From assembly GCA_965249555.1 (NCBI GenBank), contig OZ252243.1:448001-512000 (forward strand): a stretch of 64,000 nucleotides of DNA, read 5' to 3'. A model generated the notes under the pieces. That model searched no databases. It saw only the letters and a list, made by a program, of their open reading frames with translations, and was not told where the DNA came from. Origin of the DNA: Nitrosopumilus sp. (lineage in GTDB: Archaea > Thermoproteota > Nitrososphaeria > Nitrososphaerales > Nitrosopumilaceae). This document shows positions 54,283 to 61,158 of this stretch, piece after piece; positions within the stretch are counted from its first letter, which is position 1; every line of letters begins with the position of its first letter. The position numbers and the translations under genes are program-made.

Positions 54283-54289
54283 CTCCGTA

Positions 54290-54949
54290 TATACTATTCA
54301 TCAATCCAGAAAGTGGCTCTCAATTTCTCATATGGCTTGACATCATGGACATCTGCAGCAGTTACACATGGCAGATAATGGAACCAGTCTTTCCTGTACT
54401 ATACCTCATGTGTAGTTTGTATCCATACACCCAACCCCTTGATTTGGAGAATCCCCACTTGGCATTTGTGTCAATTCCTGCAATTGGCAAGTGATTCTTT
54501 TTGATGTCTGATTTGTGCCATACTGGACCAGAAGCTTTTAGCATTGAACTATCAACTGATGCTGATTCACCATTAACTAATCCTTCTGGGACAGACAAAC
54601 CTCCTACAGTGTCAATAATTTCATTGATTGGCAAGCATTGAAATCTTCTGTCAATTGTCCTTCTGTCAGGGATTTAGTCTGCAAACCTTGAGTAATTTGT
54701 CATTGGTACACTTGATTGAGAGAAGATAATGAAACGTATTGTCACTTGGAATTCTCATCCATGACTTTACGATGTATAATTGCACCATCAGAACAGTCGA
54801 ATGGACATATGGCCGTTCCCCGTCTCACTGCATTCTCATACAGATATAGTGTTCCCGCCAGATACAAAACACCAACAAGAAATGACTCACATAGAATCTT
54901 GCCAGGGATTTTTATTTGTTTTGTAATCATTCCAATGAACAAAACATGA
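54290..54949 (-). mobile_element. DDE_Tnp_1 (IS5/IS982-like) transposase remnant
   Basis: VDSSMLKA...DTNAKWG.SK..GWVYGYKLH, in broken frames. Confidence 0.75.
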
Positions 54950-55426
54950 TGAGATCCTTTGCTTTTTCCATTTGAATAATTTGAGAAATCAGTTAAAAAT
55001 GAGAATGGATTATGCCCATGTCTCAGGTATCTGATTATTTACACCTCCAATAATTGTAAAATTTGTATCTTCTATTCCATCAACAAATATTTTTTTTATT
55101 TTTATTACATCTAGACATGTGTTTACTATATCTACTCTTAGTGGGTTTGGTAATAACTTCAATTAATTTAATATTTTCTGTAGTGTATTTCTTATTCATC
55201 TCAATTTTATCATGTTGTGATAAGATATTTTCTTGAATAGTATTTTCTGCATAATGATAAAGTATGCCAGTTGCGGCACCTACAATTCCAATTTCAAAAA
55301 AGATTGCATTAGAATATGAAATTGAAAAATTAAAAGAAAGGAGAGAGAATAACTGAAAAAATTACTATAGATGAATTTGAATTAAAAAAGATTATGAAAA
55401 ACAATGAAAATAATTAACTGGCAATT

Positions 55427-55828
55427 TTACTCTTTAAGATCATCAGGATTTGTTGACCAAGGTTCTATTGCATATGTCTCAGATTTTCCATCAATTTCTA
55501 ATTTCCACAAATTAATTAAATTTCTACCTAAGAGAACATATTCTTTTGGCATTGCGACCACTTCAAAACTATCAAACTTTATACCGCCAATCTCAATACT
55601 GACAAAATAGTTGTAATGTATGGTTTCCACTCCAGTCACAGTCTTTACTATTGTTTCATCGGTCTTTTTTAGACTTAATGTGTTGACAAGATAATCTGGA
55701 ATTACTGTGTGACTTGAACCTGTGTCTATTTTTCCTTTTTCTGGAAAAGATTTTCCAGAATTATTCCACACTGTAAGATCCAGAACCAAAGAACTGGGAT
55801 TGTCTAGAGTGTTATGTCTAAATTTCAA
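55427..55828 (-). CDS. Retropepsin-like (clan AA) aspartic protease
   Basis: IDTGSSHT catalytic motif, TVTG flap and LLGRNLI. Confidence 0.85.
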   Translation of the reverse strand: MKFRHNTLDNPSSLVLDLTVWNNSGKSFPEKGKIDTGSSHTVIPDYLVNTLSLKKTDETIVKTVTGVETIHYNYFVSIEIGGIKFDSFEVVAMPKEYVLLGRNLINLWKLEIDGKSETYAIEPWSTNPDDLKE

Positions 55829-56274
55829 TGTGAAATAAACTCTGGAGTGTCTATTAGAACCATCTTTTGGCCTGTTATTTTATGCACATACATATCCACA
55901 TTACCGAATTTATCATACATTTTTTTAATTAATGCATTCTTTTTATATCCAGCATCTTGAAATTCACCATTAACGAATGCTACAAATTTATCTTTAAATT
56001 GAGAATTGTTAAAATTATTTTTTGCAAAATTCTCAAAGGCACTTTTATTTTGGATATTTTCAGTGTTTGTTATATTTTTATGCATTGGAATATTTTTCAA
56101 TACATCAACAAAAAATACATTTAGTTTATAACTACAAAAAATATTTTCATTAATGTCAAACCATGACTGTATGTCTTCTAGATGAAGTTCCGTTTTATCT
56201 AGATTCCATTCTTTAATTTCACTGTGATGATTAAATGACGAGTTTTCTAGTCCACCCGAAATATTCTCAGTCAA
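55825..56274 (-). CDS. Protein with a C-terminal DUF5678-like domain
   Basis: FKDKFVAFVNGEFQDAG....LIKKMY.KFG...YV..I. Its stop overlaps the protease ATG. Confidence 0.6.
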   Translation of the reverse strand: MTENISGGLENSSFNHHSEIKEWNLDKTELHLEDIQSWFDINENIFCSYKLNVFFVDVLKNIPMHKNITNTENIQNKSAFENFAKNNFNNSQFKDKFVAFVNGEFQDAGYKKNALIKKMYDKFGNVDMYVHKITGQKMVLIDTPEFISH

Positions 56275-56881
56275 TTATCTTATCACCAAATTTATCACGA
56301 AGATCACGTATTTCAGTTTTTAATGTATTAGCTCCATCATTTAATACCTCAACTAGTTCTTCAACCTCTTTTAGATTTAATTGAAAATTAATCACGTTAT
56401 CAACATCAAACTCATGTGTGTTTATGCTCACAACTAACGATGGAATAATTTTTGTAATTTTATTTTCATTAGAAATAGGTCTAAACTCTGTAACTGTATT
56501 AAAACCATGAGTGTGCGGATAACCAAATGTTTTAAGGAATTCGGTTTTAATACCAGTAGATAGACTGTCCATGTCTGTTTTATCATGAATTTTTTGAACC
56601 GTTTCTTTCAACACATTCTTTTTATCATCATCCAAATTTGAAGTATCAATAACTCCAAAAATTTTATTTGGACTGCGTTTACTTATGATAAAGTTATAAA
56701 ATATATGTATAATTTCATTATTATCATCATCATTAAAATCATCCCCTAAAATTTTCTTTATTTTAGATAGATCAGGTATTGTGTGTAGTATACTATCATC
56801 AAAAAAATTACCAAGTTCAATAATTTTTCCTTTTGGTATTCTTTTAAAAATAACTAATGTCTGAAAACTTTTTTCCAACAC
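56267..56881 (-). CDS. Putative COMM-domain-like protein
   Basis: Helical N-half, then P....F....EFRP / IPSLVVSI / INFQL and a long amphipathic helix, matching the COMM beta3-alpha layout by eye. Confidence 0.5.
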   Translation of the reverse strand: MLEKSFQTLVIFKRIPKGKIIELGNFFDDSILHTIPDLSKIKKILGDDFNDDDNNEIIHIFYNFIISKRSPNKIFGVIDTSNLDDDKKNVLKETVQKIHDKTDMDSLSTGIKTEFLKTFGYPHTHGFNTVTEFRPISNENKITKIIPSLVVSINTHEFDVDNVINFQLNLKEVEELVEVLNDGANTLKTEIRDLRDKFGDKIID

Positions 56882-57018
56882 CCTAAAAGTAGTATTATAC
56901 TTTTAATATCTTTCTTTGCCAAAAATCATTTGTTCTGACTGATTTTCCAGCATCCTAACTTAACACCTCAGCACCCGAATTTAACAGCAAGCTGAAATCA
57001 ATGAAAACACCCTAAGAT

Positions 57019-57112
57019 TATCCATGTGAATTGTTTTTATACATTTCCCACTTTTTTGCATCCCAAGGCATACCTTCGCTGGAGAATGCTTTCAATCAAA
57101 AGATGACGGACA
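57019..57112 (+). repeat. 95-bp direct repeat, copy B
   Basis: Matches 43970-44064. Confidence 0.9.
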
Positions 57113-57135
57113 TGTATCCATACAAGGCTTGTCCC

Positions 57136-57657
57136 TCAACATATAAAACGCGACTTGCACAGTCCTAACTGTAATTCTGTACAAATTCTCTCCTCTCTTT
57201 TAGCATCCAGTAAATCACTCGCAGAATCTGGATCAAATACACCTATTCTGGCACCTGTCGAGGCAAGAAAATAAAATAGTACTGCATCACGTTTGTTGCA
57301 TGTAGTATCTATTAATTTTTTAATATCTTGTTTTTGCCAAGCCTTGAGCTCTATTGGTCTAGTTTTAAGAGGATACATTTTTCGAATTATTTCCCAATCT
57401 AGCTTGATTCGATTCATGACAAAAAAATGATGTAAACCTAAAAACATTGTAGAAATTGAATTTGCATTAAAAGTATTCTTTAAATGTACTAGATAATCTT
57501 CTAATAAAATTTGTAGTTTGTGTGGAGATATTACAACTAGTTCATCATATGTTGAAATATTAGCATATTCTTGAAATTTTTTAATATGTTGAATGTAATT
57601 TTGTCGGATATATGGCGATCTTATAGATTCGTTGAATAAATACATACATCGTTGCAT
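57136..57657 (-). pseudogene. Tyrosine integrase, truncated after the first catalytic Arg
   Basis: N-terminal SAM-like domain and RDAVLFYFLASTGARIG. No HxxR or catalytic Tyr region. Confidence 0.8.
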
Positions 57658-57716
57658 ATGATTTTGTAAAATTAGACGTTGTATGTTTGTATTTTTTTTA
57701 ATGGTACTAGTTTCGA

Positions 57717-57909
57717 TCAGAGTAATTTCAGAAATTCTTTTTTTGTTAACCCGCAATCAGAAATTATTTGTAATAACAATCCCTTACCAATCTCTTTTTT
57801 TCTAGGTACGCTAGTCCATACAACCTCTTTTGTTATCAACTATAATGTGGCTTCCAGTTTGTCTTGTTGGATAAAAACCTCTTTTTCGTAGTGCTTTGAG
57901 TATATCCAT
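57717..57909 (-). pseudogene. HicA toxin with a single frameshift
   Basis: MDILKALRKRGFYPTRQTGSHII..., then shifted frame WTSVPRKKEIGKGLLLQIISDCGLTKKEF. Span is 193 nt. Confidence 0.8.
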
Positions 57910-57930
57910 ATAACCCAATAACAGGAAGAC

Positions 57931-58149
57931 TCAAAGTGCTATGGTAATTAATTCTGATGCAAAATTCTTCTTTTTGTCTTCAATGTAAGATTTGCATAGT
58001 TTGATTGCTTTTTTTGTATCTGTAATTGCCTCAGATCTTGTATCTCCTTGACCTCTAGCCTGTGGTATTTCCAAACAATAACCAACGTAGACATTTCTAT
58101 CTTTTTTGATTAGAATGCTGTAATCTACTTTTTTACTCACACGTTTCAT
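57931..58149 (-). CDS. HicB antitoxin
   Basis: YVGYCLEIPQARGQGDTRSEA pattern. Confidence 0.82.
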   Translation of the reverse strand: MKRVSKKVDYSILIKKDRNVYVGYCLEIPQARGQGDTRSEAITDTKKAIKLCKSYIEDKKKNFASELITIAL

Positions 58150-58213
58150 ACAAGATTTAATTATATAAAATCGATCATTGGTTTGCCAAATGCTTTGAAG
58201 GTATTTCCTGAAT

Positions 58214-58560
58214 TTATCACAAATGACGCTATGGTTGAAATTACGTTATTATGATAACTTTTGATGTTTATCTGATTTTATTTTTTCAAGAAGGATAGAG
58301 GCTGGTTCATCATTAGGATCTTGAGGCACAAGCTTACCCTCAAAGGCTTGCTTTAGGACACTTTGTTTTAAAATATCAAGAGGACTTCATCCATTAGCCA
58401 CACATTTTTCAAGAGAATCTATCTTGTCAAAGATTGATTCAATTTTTGATATGATTCTTTTTTGTTCAGATAATACAGGCAGCGGTATTTCAAATTGTTT
58501 GATTATACTGACATTAAGACCAGGTTGATTACTACCTTTAGATACACTACGAATTTTCCA
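58214..58560 (-). pseudogene. Type I R-M HsdS specificity subunit remnant (3' part; ends approximate)
   Basis: QPGLN...FEIPLPVLSEQKRIISKIE and [30 protein letters not shown] in different frames. Confidence 0.8.
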
Positions 58561-58755
58561 ATACTGTGATTGAATAAAATAAAATAAAAGTATGTATCAA
58601 GCACTTTAGATGTATTGATTTGTGCGTGAAGGTTGATACATACTACAAAATTTGTATAAAAACATAACATTTGAAATAGAAAAGAGATTAGCACGCTGGC
58701 CTTACCTCACCCGAAAACTACCATTATTACTATTCATTATTTAATAAATCTTTGT

Positions 58756-58826
58756 GGGCGTGTAGCATGACGGTCATGCACTCACTCGAAAACTGAGAGA
58801 TTTGGGTTCAACTTCCAACACGTCCA
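58756..58826 (+). ncRNA. 71-nt non-canonical tRNA-like element, central anticodon GAA (Phe-type)
   Basis: Acceptor gggcgtg/cacgtcc, D gcat-gacggtc-atgc, anticodon arm ctcac-TCGAAAA-ctgag, T ttggg-TTCAACT-tccaa. C33 and a C31.C39 mismatch are atypical. Confidence 0.7.
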
Positions 58827-59185
58827 CAAATCAATCTTTTGTTTTTTAATCCAACTATTATGATTTTAGTATTAATTTGATGTTTCAGAAAATATAAAAT
58901 AAAAAAAGGGGTTTCTATGTTTGATGCATGTGATTATAGTTTTACACTAAAAAATGCAGATATCTTTGCCAAAGAATCTTGTACCGGAGTATTGAACGGT
59001 AACTATGAGCAAGCAATTAAAATCCTTTATGAATTAATTATGAAATCAAATTGATAATATCATGTAAAATGCTTGGATTTTGTTGGTAATGATATGTAAG
59101 TTTTAGAATCACTGTTCAGAATTTCTCTTTTTGTCAACAATTCATCAACTACTCTTTTTAACAAGAGTCAGTTATTGGTATAATC

Positions 59186-59992
59186 ATGGCTAAAAGATAC
59201 AACTCCCCAATTACTTATCGATTAAAGGAAATTCCCATTAAATACATCAAAATATGGAAGGATGCACAAGCTAGAAAACTAGACAGGGAGGGAATCGCAG
59301 AACTTGCCCGTTCCATCAAAAATGAAGGATTGCAGAATCCACCTATGGTCCAAAAGGAATCAAAAAACTCGTATTTGTTACTGTCTGGACAGAGAAGGCT
59401 TGCTGCCCTGAAAAGGTTGGGTGCAAAGAAGATACCGGTGTTATTGCTTACACATAGTACGAAATATGATGTACATGATGCAAAGGCAGCATCAGTGGTT
59501 GAGAATCTGCATCGAAACAAAATGAACACAAAGGACATGACGGCAGCATGTGTATTTTTGACAGAATCAGTTGGAAAAAGTAAAGCTGCAAAATCACTAG
59601 GAATATCATCACAAACACTGAAGAAATACCTTGGATTTGCAGCGGTTCCAGATAGATTGAGGCAGTTTGTACCAAAGGAGCTGTCTCGTGATGATTGTGT
59701 GAAATTATATCAGGTCATCCCAAATCCATCAAAGGCTGTATCTGTTGCAGAGAAGATCATTCCACTGGACCAGAAACTACGAAGAGAGTATCTCAAGGTT
59801 TTGAGTCGTTCTCCAAAATCATCTCATCTCAAGTTGCTCAAGAAAGCAAAGAGCGGATTACTCCAACAGAGAGTTGTTATTTTGTTGAACAAGGGAAATG
59901 CCCGGAAACTGCGTAGTTTGGCTGTGAGAAAAGATGTAAAAGTTGTAGAGATGGCAGATGATATACTTTCTGATTATCTGAAAAGAAGGTAA
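59186..59992 (+). CDS. ParB/Spo0J-like protein
   Basis: LARSIKNEGLQNP, LSGQRRLAA and ENLHR motifs, plus an HTH (AAKSLGIS). Confidence 0.88.
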   Translation: MAKRYNSPITYRLKEIPIKYIKIWKDAQARKLDREGIAELARSIKNEGLQNPPMVQKESKNSYLLLSGQRRLAALKRLGAKKIPVLLLTHSTKYDVHDAKAASVVENLHRNKMNTKDMTAACVFLTESVGKSKAAKSLGISSQTLKKYLGFAAVPDRLRQFVPKELSRDDCVKLYQVIPNPSKAVSVAEKIIPLDQKLRREYLKVLSRSPKSSHLKLLKKAKSGLLQQRVVILLNKGNARKLRSLAVRKDVKVVEMADDILSDYLKRR

Positions 59993-60047
59993 ATCTGGGA
60001 ACAGATCACAATAGTCCTGTAAAATCAAATCATTGAAAACCACGTAT
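59752..60047 (+). repeat. Right arm of the 296-bp inverted repeat
   Basis: Reverse complement of 42630-42925 with scattered substitutions. Confidence 0.92.
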
Positions 60048-60326
60048 CAAAGTATTGTTTGACAATTTTAGTTTTTCTCTAAAGAATCACCCTATCATTG
60101 TAATTATTGAAGATAAAAGTATGCTTTGTATGAGATATAATAATCAAAAAACTTTTGGATGAAGGTTAGAAATAATATACAACCAGATTTCTTTTGATAA
60201 GATAATTTTATTTTTTTAGTAGATTCAAATACAGAATAGATTTCTTGCCACTTTTTCTCTGTAATAGTTTGATAGTATTTTTTTCATACCATTGCTGTGA
60301 CCTTTCATTTAATGGTTGTAATGCAA

Positions 60327-60623
60327 CTAATCTACATCCATACTGGTATTGTAGGCTGTTTTGATAGCATGACTAGGCATCATATCTCCCAAACCATTGT
60401 GAGAATAATCTTTGTGAGCTGCAAATTGCCCGATAAGTAATGAAGGAATTGTTTGATGGCGGTATGGTTCTTTACCATCATCAGGCATTTCTTTTTTGTC
60501 TATGGAATATGTCGCAAGAGAAATAAACCCTAATAGAATTTTTTTATCTAAAACCCAACACATGGTTTTACCAAGCATGTTATTTTGATCATTCAAAGCT
60601 TCATGTTTGATGTAATGCTCCAT
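60327..60623 (-). pseudogene. GNAT acetyltransferase toxin-like remnant
   Basis: LGFISLA...IPSLLIGQFA.HKDY...GLG, with a premature end. Confidence 0.65.
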
Positions 60624-60704
60624 TTCTGATTCAACGCAAGAAAATGTATCAACAGGAGTAAGATCAGCAATGAAGTGCTTGCTAATGAAAAGTCAATGTT
60701 CAAT

Positions 60705-60887
60705 TTACAACGGAATTGTTGGGACTTTTTTTACATGTAATGCTTTGGTTATTTCTTCTTCTTGTTCCTTGGTTTGACCTTTATTGATGTCATTAACTAG
60801 TGTGGTAAAATCCCCCTCAACTAATGGTTCAATTTCTCGCAATGCCATGTTATACATATGGATATGATCAACATATAATGATTCCAT
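60705..60887 (-). CDS. Small protein upstream of the GNAT, putative antitoxin
   Basis: Position and size only. Confidence 0.35.
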   Translation of the reverse strand: MESLYVDHIHMYNMALREIEPLVEGDFTTLVNDINKGQTKEQEEEITKALHVKKVPTIPL

Positions 60888-61158
60888 TTTCTGACTAGAT
60901 CAAAAGATCAATTTTTCCCATGCATATTTACTCCTAAAATGGCATAAGGTGTTTTATATGGAAATACAAAATTCGTCATTTTGGGATCTTAAGATCACAA
61001 AACATAATTGATTATTTTCAAAAACAACATCCCATTATAGTTTATTATAATTTTGAAGATGTATATCGTTGAAGACAAAGCCATTATCAACTAGTGGCAT
61101 TTCCTGGTTGTTCCAGTTTACACCAAAGGTGGGTTTTGTCTTTTATTCAGAACTGCTG

